Numbered from the stretch's first letter, positions 37,350 through 50,715 are shown. The stretch: DNA of 63,675 nt from Malacoraja senta (GCA_038087875.1 CM076000.1:2418001-2481675), one strand, 5' to 3'. Numbers and translations: made by a program. The notes: generated from the letters alone by a model not told the origin.

Positions 37350-38660
37350 ATGGACAAGACGACCAGGGGGAGGTGAGCCGCAGGTAAAGCAAAGGAGAGC
37401 CGTGGGAATGCGGCCTGTGAGCGGCTGCCTGGTACCCCTGCACAGTCGCCGACCGGGAGTGGAGCAACTGCAGACTTGGTGCTACAAAGCACAGAGCCAA
37501 CGCCAGTCGGGCGTAAGGCCACGGGGAAGTCTGCGAGGCCCTCGTACTCAACTGAGTTGGGTCAGGAGGAGTCCCTTACGGGGCTGGATACCGTTTTAGA
37601 ACGGTTATCCCAAATGGAGCACATCATACAGGGGTTGCTCCAGCAACGCACACTCCGGGGGGAGGAGTAGTGTGGGCGGCAGGCTGCAGAAGAGGCCGCG
37701 CCGGCAGCACCTAGTAGAGGACTGCTTGATAGCACCCTCATGGATGAGGTGAGTGCAGAGGGTCAGCTAAGTTCTGACCCCGACTCTAACGGTGACTTCG
37801 AACCTAGCGAAGAATGGCTGTTGTCAGAGGTCCCATCTCTGGCAGCACGATTCGCTGTCCCGTCAGAGTATGGAGAGCCACTGGGAGATGAGCTGGCCTC
37901 CACGATATAGAGGGCTGCTTGATAGCACCCTCATTGAAAAGGCGAGTGCAGAGGGTCAGCTGATTTCTGACCCCAACTCTGACGGTGAGTTCGTCAGAGG
38001 TCCTATCTCTGGCAGCACGATTCGCTGTCCCATCTGAGTCTGGAACCGCCAAGAACAGGAGACCCCGGGGAACTGAGTGTTGCTGAAGGTGCCAGCAGTG
38101 AACCGGGTGATATGGAGCCAGATGGGCATGGGCATGCGTGCCCAGGAGATGAAGTTGCAGAGAATCCTGAAACTCCGTGGCTCAGGAATCACGGCGTTCG
38201 CTAGAATGGTGGATGGAGGGCATCTGTCGGAGACGCAGCAAGAGGTACTAGGGTTGCTTTGTAGCGCCCATTTTGAGATAATTGTCTCAGGGAAAGTGCC
38301 ATTCGGCCCACCATTAATCCCACGTTTGCAGCACTCTGCCAACCCAGCAACATACAGCCGGCCAACCTACTCTTCGGAGAGGAACTCGCCAAGCGTGTCA
38401 AGGAGATGGATGACGAGGCAAAGGCGGTGGGCTTGATCAAATCACCGGCGGTCGGCAAGTTTCCAAAAAAGAAAGTACCCCTACAAACGAGGGACAGATT
38501 GGTCTGGACCAGGAACAAGTCAGTCAGCAATGCAGATGCGCAGGTGGCATTCTGCAGCGGGAATAAGGTCAAACGTGGGGCTTCCCGCCAGGGGCCGGGG
38601 ACAACGGGATCCACCAGGTACCAAGGAGGTAGGTGGGCCTGGTTTCACACGTGCACACAT
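37350..38660 (+). pseudogene. DIRS gag-like ORF1 remnant
   Basis: Kozak-like GCACCATGG. LKVPAVNRVIW..RAQEMKLQRI..LLFGEELAKRVKEMDDEAK. Several stops and frameshifts. Confidence 0.55.
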
Positions 38661-38679
38661 CAAATGTGACACAACTAAA

Positions 38680-40260
38680 ATCTGGGGGTACATTACATCT
38701 GTTCCGGGATGAATGGAAGCAAATTACCTCAGATCTGTTTATACTGAGTGTTATTCAAGGGTTGCACATTCAGCATGTTCCTGGGAGAACTTTTCAGTTT
38801 TCATTAACAGAACAGATGGAGGTTCAGGCTGAGCTTGAAAGCTTATGTGATAAAGGTGTAATTGGAAAGTCGGTTCACGAAACCCATCAATTTGTGTCTA
38901 ATATTTTTTCCCAGGCCAAAAAAGGATGGGGGTGCAGTATAGGCATTTTAAGATGGAAACATTTGTCACTGCCAAGCAACTGGGTTCGAGAGGATGCTAT
39001 ATGGCAACTATAAAGCTTAAAGATGCGTATTACTCATAAGATATTTGAAATTCACCTGGATGGATCAACTACGGCACAAAATTGTTAAAACCTATACTAG
39101 GCATGCTGAGAGGCCAGGACTATGTGCTCATGGCTAATCTCGATGATATCTTGATTACAGAGGTATCCAAGAGAACAGCTGAAGTAACCGGTGGTAGTTG
39201 TTAAATCCACTTTTCAAAGATTGGGCATTATCCATCCAGAGAAATCCAAATTAACACCTGACTATTTGAGTCACAATTGATTCAATTAACATGGTAGTGA
39301 CTCTGCCCAGGGAGAAAGTGTAGAGCTAATTGACAGCTGTATCAAGCTAATGGAGGCACTAAGGATACATTCGGGTCATTATAATAGACCCGTGCAGTTA
39401 TCAGCAGAGGCTGTTTCTGATTTGCAATGGTGGATTCAGCATGTGTCCAGTAGGTCGAGCAGTGTAGTGCTTGAGCAGCCTTCCATGGTTTTGCAGATGA
39501 ATGTCAGTGCACTCGGGTGGGGTGCCATGGATACGAGTTTCAGCTGTGGAGGCAGATGGACTGAGCAAGAGGCATCACTTCTGCAGACATGGGGAATTAA
39601 CTATTTAGAGCGTTTAGGAGCTTTTTATGGATAAGGCTTATTGCTCTAACAAAGGTAACCTGCATGTTCAGTTTCAGAATATTAATCACATGGGTGGAAT
39701 CAAGTCGGTATCTTGTGACAGATTGGCTAATCAAATTTGGGCCTGGTGTATTGATAAAGATATTTGGTTTCAGCTATTTATCTACCAGGTAGATTCAACA
39801 TAGTAGCAGACGCCAGGTCATGAAAATTCCATGACAACACAGATTGGATGTTGAACCAGGAGGTGTTCAATAATATAGTACTTATATATGAATGCCAGAT
39901 ATCGATTTGTTTTGCATCGAGGTTTAACCACCAGCTGCCTAAATATGTTTCATGGGAACCAGACCAGGGGGCAGCTGCAATTGATGCTTTCTCGCTACAT
40001 TGGGGTGGTATGTTTTTTATATATTTTCCCACCATTTCTGCTTCATAGGTCGGAGTCTGAAAAAAATCAAGCAGAATGCCGCTTCGGGGGTGCTTGTAAT
40101 ACCTAATTGGCCGACTCAAGCATGGTTCCCTTTGATGTTACAGTTAGCGATCCAACCTTTTTTGGTGGTTTCCAAGCGTAGGAATTTACTGGAGCATCCG
40201 CTAACACGGGAAAGTCATCTGTTATGTAACCGTATTGACTTATTAAATTGCAGGTTTTAA
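38680..40260 (+). pseudogene. DIRS RT / RNase H / DNA N6-adenine methyltransferase-like ORF remnant
   Basis: GGTLHLFRDEWKQIT, HFKMETF, LKDAYYS, NLDDILI (YLDD site), LQMNVSALGWGA, INYLE, IDLF-like FASRFNHQLPKYVSW..DAFSLHW, VLVIPNWPTQAWFP. Confidence 0.85.
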
Positions 40261-40261
40261 G

Positions 40262-41225
40262 AAGGCCATACCTGGGGCGAGGACTGTCTGGGCGAACGGT
40301 GGACATGCTCACTGCAGCCTGGAGAAAGAGTACTCAAAAGCAGTATATTACTTATGTAAAAAATGGGAGCAATATTATGTATAAAATAATATTGACTATA
40401 GTACTGCAGGTATTGTGGATGTTTTAGAGTTCCTGTCGACACTCTACTATGATGAGGGGCTCAGTTATAGCGCCATTAATACAGCTTTAAGTGCTTTGTC
40501 CTCGTATGTTTTGATGGGGTCAGGAAAAGATCCTATTGGTTTTTCATCCTCTCATAGCTCGATTGATGAAAGGAATTTCAACTCCAAACCTCCTAAACCC
40601 AGGTATATGGCGATCTGGGATGTAAGTGTGGTCCTCAAGATGCTTCGACAGTGGGTTCCTGTCACGTCTCTGAATTGGCCAAACTCACCATGAAGGTGGT
40701 CATGCTCATGGCATTGGTTCAGCATAGTGAGTGCAGATTTTGCAAAAGCTTCAGCTAGACAGGATGGAAGTGGCTGAAGAGAATGTTATGTTATATATTT
40801 ACGACCTGCTCAAACAGAGCAGGCCAGGTGTCACAGGTTTTAAAATTGTGTTTTCAGCATAACCTACTGATCCATGTTTATGTGTAAGGACACATTTATT
40901 ACATTATATTGAAGCTACAAGGACCTTAAGAAATGTGGAAACAGGATGTTTATCAGTTACAAGAAACCACACAAGAGAGTGTCAGTGCCGACTATCTCAA
41001 GGTGGTTAAAGCAAGTGTTGATTCATGCAGGTATTAACACTGACGTGTATACATCTCATTCTACTAGTGCAGCAGCAACGTCGGCGGCTAGGGCGATGGA
41101 TGTTCCCATCGACCATATTCTTACAGGCGCCGGGTGGTCAAATGAATTGGTTTTTCAACAATTTTTACCATCGGCCGATTGCCGATCGGGGGCTGTTTGC
41201 AAATTCAGTATTAAGTTCTGTTTAA
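40262..41225 (+). pseudogene. DIRS tyrosine recombinase remnant
   Basis: VLEFLSTLY..GLSYSAINTALSALS, PPKPRYMAIWDV, LCV, FISYKKPHKRVSVPTISRWLK..HSTSAAATSAA (HxxR arginine lost), AGWS..FY. Confidence 0.85.
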
Positions 41226-41799
41226 GTTTCCCCTGGGATAGAGGGGTTACTGTTTGTTTTGATTATTTAAATCAATTGTTACTGCATGATATACAATTTC
41301 ATGTTTAACGCATTATTGATTGTTTCTCATCCGAAGTCAATCAATGCAGTGAGAAGCCGGGATTTGAATCTGCGGCATAAAATCACAGAGCTTTGAACTC
41401 TTCACGGAATCACTCACGTGACTCCGAAGTAAAATAGTAAGATTAAACGAGAACTTACCAGTTTGAAGTTTGATCTTTATTTTATGAGGAGTTACGTTGG
41501 TGATTACGTGCCCACCACGCCCAACCCTCTTTCTCATAAAGGTCATATGGTAGTTCTCATGTTGCTGATCTTACTATGTTACTTCAAATATTCTGTTATC
41601 TGTGATTTCATACCGCTGCTTTGAAGATTGACGCGCATGCGCTCTGGCGGGACTTCTTCACGTAATCACCAACGTAACTCCTCATAAAATAAAGATCAAA
41701 CTTCAAACTGGTAAGTTCTCATTTAATCTTACTATTATATCTCATGCAAGTAAATTGCCTTTACCACATTTAGACAGTGGAAACACTTCAATAATTTTT

Positions 41800-43490
41800 G
41801 TTTAGTTTAGAGATACATCGTGGAAACAGGCCCCCTCGGCCCACCGAGTCCATGCCGACCAGCGATCACCCGCACGCTAGTTCTATCCTGCACATGAGGG
41901 ACAATTTACAGAAGCCAATTAACCTACAAACCTGCATGTCTTTGGAATGTGGGAGGAAACCGGAGCACCCGGAGAAAACCCATGCGGTCACAGGGAGAAC
42001 ATACAAACTCTGTACAGGTAGCACACTTAGTCAGGATCGAACCCGGTCTCTGGCACTGTAACGCAGCAAATCTATCGCTGCACCACTGTGCCGCCCCATT
42101 TTCTTCACTGGCTGTATGGCATATTTGAAGAATTCAGGGGTGGGGTAAAGGTCTTTCTCTCAGGCATCTATTAGTATGTTTCTTATCAAGAAATTGCAGA
42201 ACATCATATATTATCAACCATGGTTCAGTAACAGTTTATTCACTCTCTGCCAGAAGATTGTGGGATCTAGTCCTCTCGAATTAAAAGCTAACTCTGCTTT
42301 CCCCTATCTTTCTCACAGAGATAGGTGTAGATAATTTGGTTCGGTGCTGAGGGAATGTTGGGATCTCATCCACGAGGCAACAGTAATTTGTTGCTTCGTG
42401 GAACAGATGTAAAAACTGTTTTCACAGCTTTAAATGAAATATGTAAGTCCCCTAATGATTGAGCAGATGCACATGCCGCATGGTGCTTTTACTAAACCAT
42501 GCCGAGCAGGGAAGCCTGAAGGATAATCCTCCTGTTTACACTAAGTTAGTTGATCTTTCTCCCAAGTCTACAGAGGGGGAATTATCGAGATGGTTACTCA
42601 CTTTGTCCTACTCTGTAGTGATCCAAATTCCTGTGAATTTATTTTGACACCTGTTCGTCCACTAGCTAACTTTATACTCAATAAGAAACTTGAACTTGGA
42701 AGTAACTTTTGGCGAAGAATAAAATCCACCAGCTTGCCAGTCAATTAAAAGGATGGAAAAACCAATGGCGATAGTTTAGGTTTCCAACGTTAAAAACAAT
42801 GTGACTGAAATGGACAAAACAGGCACACCAATACTTTTAGTTTAGTTTAATTTATAGATACAGCGTGGAAACAGGCTCTTTGGCCCATTGACTCCGTGGC
42901 AACCAACGATCGCCCGTACACTTGTTCTATGTTATCCACGTTTTGCATTCTAGGCACAAGGGACAATTTACAGGTCAATTAACCTACAAACCTGCACGTC
43001 TTTGGAATGTGGGAGTAAACTGGACCACCCAGTAAAAACCCACGCAATTAAAGGGAGAACACACAGACAGCACCCGAGGACAGGATTGAATCCGGGTCAC
43101 TGGCGCTGTGAGGCAGCAGCTCTACCAGCTGCGCCTGGGTACCGTTTCATTACCCTAATTCAGGCATCATTTTGGTAAACTTTAGACTTTAAAATTTAGA
43201 GATACAGTGCAGAAACAGGCCTTCGGCCTACCGAGTCCACATCAATCAGTGATCATTCCGTGCATTAGCACGATCCTACGAACTAGAGACAATTTACAAT
43301 TTACAGAGGTCAATTAACCTACCAACCTGCACATCTTGGAATGTAAAGGAAACCGGAGCACATGGAGAAAACCCATGCGGTCACAGGGAGAACGTACAAT
43401 CCCTCTTCAGACAGCACCCATAGTCATGATTGAACCTGGTTCTCTGGCGCTGTGAGGCAGCAACTCTACCGCTGCGCCATTGTGCCGCCC
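41800..43490 (-). mobile_element. Three minus-strand HE1/V-SINE-type SINEs (41800-42096, ~42836-43135, ~43178-43490)
   Basis: Each matches the reverse complement of the SINE consensus and ends near CACTGTGCCGCCC. Confidence 0.8.
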
Positions 43491-45164
43491 TAACTTTTAG
43501 AAGTATTTTCAGAAGCATCTTAATCTTTGTTTCTGTTTTTCAGATCACATAACTAACATTTCACAAAATATTTGCAGAGGAGAGATAAAACCTTAAATGA
43601 CCAATAAATAGTTCAGAAACATTTCATTTACGCTTTATCAGCCTGGAACTCATACTGTCCAATTCCACTATCATTTGAGTGGTAAGAGGTTATAATAAAG
43701 CATTGTCCACATGGGAATATCTGGATTACTAATAACGCTGCAATTGGCAGTCAATCACTTGTTTTTATTCCACTGATCTCATTACATACGTTTTTACTAT
43801 AATAAAATTTTATTACGTTTTTCTGGTAAACCTGGATCTTGGAAAATCTTTCTGACATGTTCCCGATGTCCTTGGCAAAACATGCTCACACTTGCCTTCT
43901 TAGGTTAAAGCACATTTATTATGTCTACTTGTCCCAGCCAACATTCCTTCATTGACAAACACTAATAAAAGCAGATCAAGTGGCTGTTGATCTTAGGGCT
44001 ATATTTTACGTTCCTAGTCAAAGGCCTTGTCAATAATGTTACCTAATGGCGATGTTAGAGAGCAAAGTCACCAGTGGGCTTTTTAACCTTAAATTCATGA
44101 CAAGCCAATAGACAGCACAGTGGCGCAGCGGTAGAGTTGCTACCTTACAGCGCCAGAGACCTGGGTTCAATCTCAACTACAGGTGCTCTCTGTACGAAGT
44201 TTGTACGTTCTCCCTGTGACCACGTGGGTTTTCTCCGGGTGCTCCGGTTACCTCCCACACTCCAAAGACGTGCAGGTATGTAGGTTAATTGCCTTTGTAA
44301 ACTGTCGCTCGTGTGCAGGATAGTGCTAGTGTATGGAGTGATCGCAGCACTTGTGCAATTGATGTTGAAATCAAATGTTGCAATTCAAGGTTTTCTGTCC
44401 CTGTTCCATGACAGTATCACACTGGGAGACCCAACATTCAAAACAACATGGCAAGAAATTGTGGTGTGATTAGTCTACCGTACAAATAAAATAGTATTCA
44501 AGAGAGAGTTAGATTTAGTTCTTATGGCTAAAGGAATCAAGGGATATGGGGAAAAAGCAGGAACGGGGTACTGATTTTGAATGATCAGCCATGATCATAT
44601 TGAATGACGGTGCTGGCTTGAAGGGCCGAAAGGCCTACTCCTGCACCTATTTTGTATGTTTCTATGTTTCTATTGCAATAAAATAGTGTGGGGCGGCACA
44701 GTGGCTTACAGCGCCAGAGAACTGGGTTTGATCCTGACTACGATTGTTGTCTGTACTGAGTTTGTACATTCTCCTTGTGACTGCGTGGGTTTTCACCGGG
44801 TGCTCCGATTTCCTCGCACACTCCAAAGATGTGTAGGTAAATTTGCTTCTGTGAATTGTCCCTAGTGCATAGGATGCAAAACTGGGATAACACAGAACTA
44901 GTGCACGGGCTATCGTTGGTTGGCGTGAATGCAATGGTCCGAAGGGCCTGTTTCCACGCTTTATCTAAACTAAACTAAACTAAAAGTATTGGTGCGCCTG
45001 TTTCTGTTTCAGTCACTTATTTGTTACGTTCTCCCTGTGACCTCGTGGGTTTTCTCTGGGTTCTCTGGTTTCCTCCCACATTCCCACATTGGCTTCCGTA
45101 AAAATAAAATTGTAAATTGTCCTTAGCATGTAAGATAGTGCTAGAGTGCAGGATGATCACTGGT

Positions 45165-46593
45165 CATAGAAACATACACATAGAAACATAGAAAATAGGT
45201 ACAGGAGTAGGCCATTCGGCCCTTCGAGCCTGCACCGCCATTCAATATGATCATGGCTGATCATCCAACTCAGTATCCTGTACCTGCCTTCTCTCCATAC
45301 CCCCTGATCCCTTTAGCCACAAGAGCCACATCTAACTCCCTCTTAAATACAGCCAATGAACTGGCCTCAACTACCTTCTGTGGCAGAGAATTCCACAGAT
45401 TCACCACTCTCTGTGTAAAAAATGATTTTCTCATCTCGGTCCTAAAAGACTTCCCCCTTATCCTTAAACTGTGACCCCTTGTTCTGGACTTCCCCAACAT
45501 CGGGAGTAATCTTCCTGCATCTAGCCTGTCCAACCCCTTAAGAATTTTGTACGTTTCTATAAGATCCCCCCTCAATCTTCTAAATTCTGGCGAGTACAAG
45601 CCGAGTCTATCCAGTCTTTCTTCATATGAAAGTCCTGCCATCCCAGGAATCAGTCTGGTGAACCTTCTCTGTACTCCCTCTATGGCAAGAATGTCTTTCC
45701 TCAGTTTAGGAGACCAAAACTGTACGCAATACTCCAGGTGTGGTCTCACCGACCCTGTACAACTGCAGTAGAATCTCCCTGCTCTTATACTCAAATCCTT
45801 TTGCTATGAATGCTAACATACCATTCGCTTTCTTCATTGCCTGCTGCACCTGCATACCTACTTTTAATGACTGGTGTACCATGACACCCAGGTCTCGTTG
45901 CATCTCCCCTTTTCCTAATCGGCCATCATTCAGATAATAGTCTACTTTCCTGTTTTTGCCACCAAAGTGGATAACCTCACATTTATCCACATTATACTGC
46001 ATCTGCCATGCATTTGCCCACTCACCCAACCTATCCAAGTCACCTTGCAGCCTCCTAGCATCCTCCTCACAGCTAACACTGCCCCCCAGCTTCGTATCAT
46101 CCGCAAACTTGGAGATGTTACATTCAATTCCCTCATCCAGATCATTAATATATATTGTAAATAGCTGGGGTCCCAGCACTGAGCCTTGCGGTACCCCACT
46201 AGTCACTGCCTGCCATTGTGAAAAGGACCCGTTTACTCCTACTCTTTGCTTCCTGTCTGCCAGCCAGTTCTCTATCCACATCAATACTGAACTGTGTGCT
46301 TTAAGTTTGCATACTAATCTCTTATGTAGGACCTTGTCAAAGCCTTCTGAAAGTCCAGATATAACACATCCACTGGTTCTCCCTTATCCTCTCTACTAGT
46401 TACATCCTCGAAAAATTCGATAAGATTCGTCAGACATGATTTACCTTTCATAAATCCATGCTGACTTTGTCCAATGAATTCACCACTTTCCAAATGTGCT
46501 GCTATCCCATCTTTAATAACTGACTCTAGCATTTTCCCCACTACCGATGTTAGACTAACTGGTCTGTAATTCCCCGTTTTCTCTCTCCCTCCC
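45165..46593 (-). mobile_element. CR1 LINE, 5'-truncated RT pseudogene, inserted into a SINE
   Basis: [57 protein letters not shown] occurs on both flanks within the SINE 3' part. Confidence 0.95.
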
Positions 46594-47333
46594 TCCCTGG
46601 TCGGCGCAGATTCGGTGGGCCGAAGGGACTGTGTCCATGCTGTATCTCAGAAAGTTTGAAAGCCTAAAAGGTATATTGCAATACACTGAAAAGTAACGTG
46701 TGGAGACTCATTCCTTCAGTTTTTTAATTATTGTGGAGATTCAGATATGTTTACTGTTTCTTGTCTCTTACAACCCTCTCTTTTCCTCTCATTTTTCTCC
46801 GTATCCTTTATAGAATTTTCTGTAAATGACTTTACATTGAAATAGTATTCAAAGATATAGAGACCATGGAGACTGTAGATGCTGGAATCTTGAGCAAAAC
46901 ACAAAGGGCTGGAGGGGCTCGATGGGTTGGGAAGCAACATTCTGGGTCGGGACCCTTCTTCAGACTGATTACACATCTTGGTTTAGACATCAGGCCGCAT
47001 ACACTGGCACAACTGGTAGAGCTGCTGCCTCACAGCGCCAGGTTCGATCCTGATCTCGGGTGCTGTCTGTATGGAGTTTGCACGTTCTCTCTGTGACCGC
47101 CTAGGTTTCCTCTGTGTGTTCCAGTTTCCTCCCACATCCCGAAGACATTAGGGTTTGGAGGTTAATTGGCTTCTGTAAATTGCTCCTAATGTATGGAGTG
47201 GATGAGAAAGTGGGATAACATGGAAGTTGGGTGATTGATGGTCGGTGTGGACGGTGGGCCAAAGGCCTGTTTACATGCTGTATCTCTAAACTAAACTTTA
47301 TAAGGATTCTTAAGTCTGATTAGTTTTTGGAAG

Positions 47334-48230
47334 TTTCAACAAGTTTCAACAAGTTTATTTATGGATAACCCCTTGAGATGGACAGTCATCTCGTTTTCGA
47401 GGGGATCCAACATAGAACATACAGCACAAGACATAACATACATAAAGGCTCTCATCGACCCACCTACCCACACACCAAACTCAAAACCCCTCCATCCCCA
47501 CTTGTTATAGTTTATAACAATTGTTAATTAACTTAAATCCAATAATAACAACAGTATAATGTTAGTCGCTATGCAATACTCTAATACTAGAAACAGGTAC
47601 ATGGTTTTATGAGAAATGGTAAAAGTGTATTTTTAAATAGACGAAATGAGCTAATAGTTCTTATGGTACTAGGCAGAGTGTTCCAGTCAGAAGGAGCTTT
47701 ATATTTAAATGCACGTCTCCCAATTTCTTTGTTAGTTCTTGGAATGAAAAAGAAGGGTTGTTGAATATGTCTTAATGAATATGAGGGTGTGTATGGTAAT
47801 AGGTCTTGTTTTAAATAAGAAGGGTAATTAAGATGGATGCATTTAAAGATGAACTGGAACCAGTGGTAGCATCTTCGAGCGTGGGGGGGATAACCAGTTT
47901 AAAGTTTCGTACATAGAACAGTGGTGAGTTGTATATGGATACCTTAAAATAAATCTGCAAAGACTATTATAAACTACATTAAGGGGTTGAAGATGTATAT
48001 CAAATGTATTCTGATAGACAATATCAGCATAATCCAGTGTTGGTAGTAGTAGTTGAGAGACAATTCTTTTTCTCATCTGAAAGGTGAAACAATTTATATG
48101 GCGGTAAAGAATAGCTAGAATACAGCTGTTTTTTAGTAATCGTCTCACTATGCTGCGTAAATGAAAGCGTTGGGTCAAGCCAAACACCAAGATATTTGAA
48201 GTTCAATACTTGTTCTAATGGTGATCCTTC
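47334..48230 (-). mobile_element. L2-clade LINE 3' fragment
   Basis: LEQVLNFKYLGVWLDPTLSFTQH / RKRIVSQLLLPTLDYADIVY / PRTNKEIGRRAFKYKAPSDWNTLP. L2-type 3' end GAAAACGAGATG..CATCTCAAGGGG..AATAAA plus a repeat tail. Confidence 0.8.
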
Positions 48231-48362
48231 ATTTGGCCATATGCTCCTATCCCTTTTTGAGCTTCCTTTCCCGTTAATTCTGGGGTCATTAACCATCCCT
48301 TTACTCTCTTTCCCTTTAACTCCGTCCATTTGACACCCCACCCCCGTTATTCAGAAGTCTAT

Positions 48363-48693
48363 TGTTGCATGCCTTGCACAGGACCATCTCCTGCACAGGA
48401 TGCTATGTCACATTGGCCTATGGATTACAACAGTTCTAATTCCATTGTATGTTTGGTGTTCCTCAGATGTCATTGACCAGAGTTATGTGGGCAAATAGTC
48501 GTCATGTTCATGCATGTTCACGCATGGAGCTAGAGCTACTGACGGTGTACCGAACAGTGCAGACTTGGTAGATGCCATCTGCAGATACATGATTTTCTGC
48601 AGAATAAAATGATTTTATGGTAATGCTATGTTTTATTGAATGCCTATCAGATATCTACATAGTTTTGTTAATAAAATGTTGTTTGTCACAACA
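48363..48693 (+). mobile_element. Possible solo LTR
   Basis: Bounded by TGTTG and CAACA with AATAAA near the 3' end. No TSD seen. Confidence 0.3.
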
Positions 48694-48778
48694 GGTCATA
48701 GAGTCATACAGCACGGACACAGTTCTTTCAGACCAACTTTCCCATGCTGACCTAAATGCCCCATCGACACTAGCACTA

Positions 48779-49555
48779 AATGTGAGGTTATCCACTTTGG
48801 CGGCAAAAACAAGGGGGCAGATTATTATCTCAATGGTGTCAGATTAGGAAAAAGGGAAGTGCAACGAGACCTGGTTGTCCTTATACACCAGTCACTGAAA
48901 GTAAACATGCAGGTACAGCAGGCAGTGAAGAAAGCTAACGGAATGTTGGCCTTCATAACGAGAGGATTTGAGTATAGGAGTAAAGAGGTCCTTCTGCATT
49001 TGTACAGGACCCTGGTGAGACCACATCTGGACTATTGTGTGCAGTTTTAGTCTCCTAATTTGAGGAAGGACATCCTTGCTATTGAGGCAATGTAGCGTAG
49101 GTTCACGAGGTTAATCCCCGGGATGTCATATGAGGATAGATTGGAAAGACTGGAATTTAGAAGGATGAGAGGAGATCTTATAGAAACGTACAAAATTATA
49201 AAAGGACTGGACAAGCTGGATGCAGGAAAAATGTTCCCAATGTTGGGGGAGTCCAGAACCAGGGGTCATAGTCTAAGAATAAAGGGGAGGCTATTTAAAA
49301 CTGAGATGAGAAAAACTTTTTCACTCAGAGAGTTGTGATTTTGTGGAATTCGCTGTCACAGAAGGCAGTAGGGGCCAATTCACTGGATAAATTTAAAAGA
49401 TAGTTAGATAGAGCTCTAGGGGCTAGCGGAATCAAGGGATTTGGGGAGAAGGCAGGCAAGGGTTACTGATTGTGGATGATCAGCCATGATCACAATAAAT
49501 GGCAGTGCAGGTTCGAAGGGCCAAATGGCCTGCTCCTGCACCTATTTTCTATGTT
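48779..49555 (+). mobile_element. CR1 LINE 3' fragment
   Basis: KCEVIHF..MQVQQAVKKANGML..RPHLDYCVQF..RMRGDLIETYKI. Confidence 0.9.
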
Positions 49556-49863
49556 AATAGACCTACCAGGCAACTGAGGTCATTTGTGGTTAGCACTGAT
49601 TGATCCTGGTCTTTTCTCGCCTCCATTCTCTTTTATGAGAATGCTGCCAGAACTGAGCTATAGGGAGTAGTTGAGCAGGCTAGGACTTTGATTCCTTTGA
49701 GCACAGGACGATGAGCGGTGATCTTATAGAATCGTGAGAGGAATAGATTGGGTAAACGCACAGAGTCCCTTGCCCAGAGTTGGGGAATCAAGAACCAGAG
49801 GATTTAGGTTAAATGTGGGGGGGAATCTGAAGGGCAACTTTTTTTACAGAAAGGGTAGTTGGT

Positions 49864-50046
49864 ATAATAATAATACATTTTATTTATGGGCGCCTTTCAA
49901 GAGTCTCAAGGACACCTTACAGTATTTAACAAGTAAAAAAACAATATAATCGGAGTAAAATAAATAGTAAAGACATCACCAATACACAAATTAAAGACAG
50001 AATTCGATCCAAAAACAAACAAAAAAATCAGAAACACAATGTGAAG
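49864..50046 (-). mobile_element. L2-type 3' UTR insertion inside a CR1 fragment
   Basis: Minus strand TGTAAGGTGTCCTTGAGACTCTTGAAAGGCGCCCATAAATAAAATG(TAT)n. Confidence 0.6.
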
Positions 50047-50250
50047 ATGGAACAGGGTGCCTGAGGAGGTAGTTGAGGCAGGTACTATCACAACGTTTAA
50101 GAAACATTTTGATAGGTACATGGATAGGATAGGATTAGAGAGATATGGATCAAATGCAGGCAGGTGGGACTGGTGTAGATGGGCCTGTTTCCACATTGTA
50201 TGACTCTATGACTAACTGCTGAGATTCAATGATAGGTCTCATGTGACACT

Positions 50251-50598
50251 GGGCGGCACAGTGGCACAGCGGTGGAGTTGCTGCCTGACAGCTCCAGAGA
50301 CCCATGTTCAATCCTAACTACAGGTGCTGTCGTATTTGGCAACCGTAGTTGCTCACTGCGGGTGCTAGTTAGCACATTCTCCCAGTGTACGTTCTCCTTG
50401 TGATTGCAAGGGTTTTCTCCGGGTGCTCTGGTTTTCTCCAACATTCCAAGGACATGCAGAATTGTAGGTTAATTGTAATCTGTAAATTGTCCCTAGTGTG
50501 TAGGATAGAATTAGTGTACAAGTGATTATGGTTGATGCGGACTCAGTGAGCCGAAGGGCCTGGTTCCACGCTGTAACTCTAAACTAAACTGAACTAAA
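50251..50598 (+). mobile_element. HE1/V-SINE-type SINE
   Basis: GGGCGGCACAGTGG head through (CTAAA)n tail. Confidence 0.8.
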
Positions 50599-50604
50599 TC
50601 CATC

Positions 50605-50715
50605 AGGTCTGAAGAAGGGTCCCGACCCGCAACGTCACCCATTCCTGTCCCGCTGAGTTATTCCAGCATTTTGTGTCTATCTTCGGTTTAAACCAGCATC
50701 TGCAGTTCCTTCTTA
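50605..50715 (+). mobile_element. Short Penelope-type element with hammerhead motif and 13-bp TSD
   Basis: AACTAAATCCATC at 50592-50604 and 50716-50728. Insert reads GGT-CTGAAGA-AGGGTCCCGACCC-GCAAC-GTC-ACC. Confidence 0.7.

Larger units (their letters stand above)
37118..41736 (+). mobile_element. DIRS1-type tyrosine-recombinase retrotransposon, structurally complete, ORFs decayed
   Basis: ITR match between 37147-37180 and 41629-41662. The internal complementary region 41399-41510 is complementary to both outer ends. ATT at both junctions. gag, RT, RNase H, MT and YR remnants occur in order. Confidence 0.92.
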
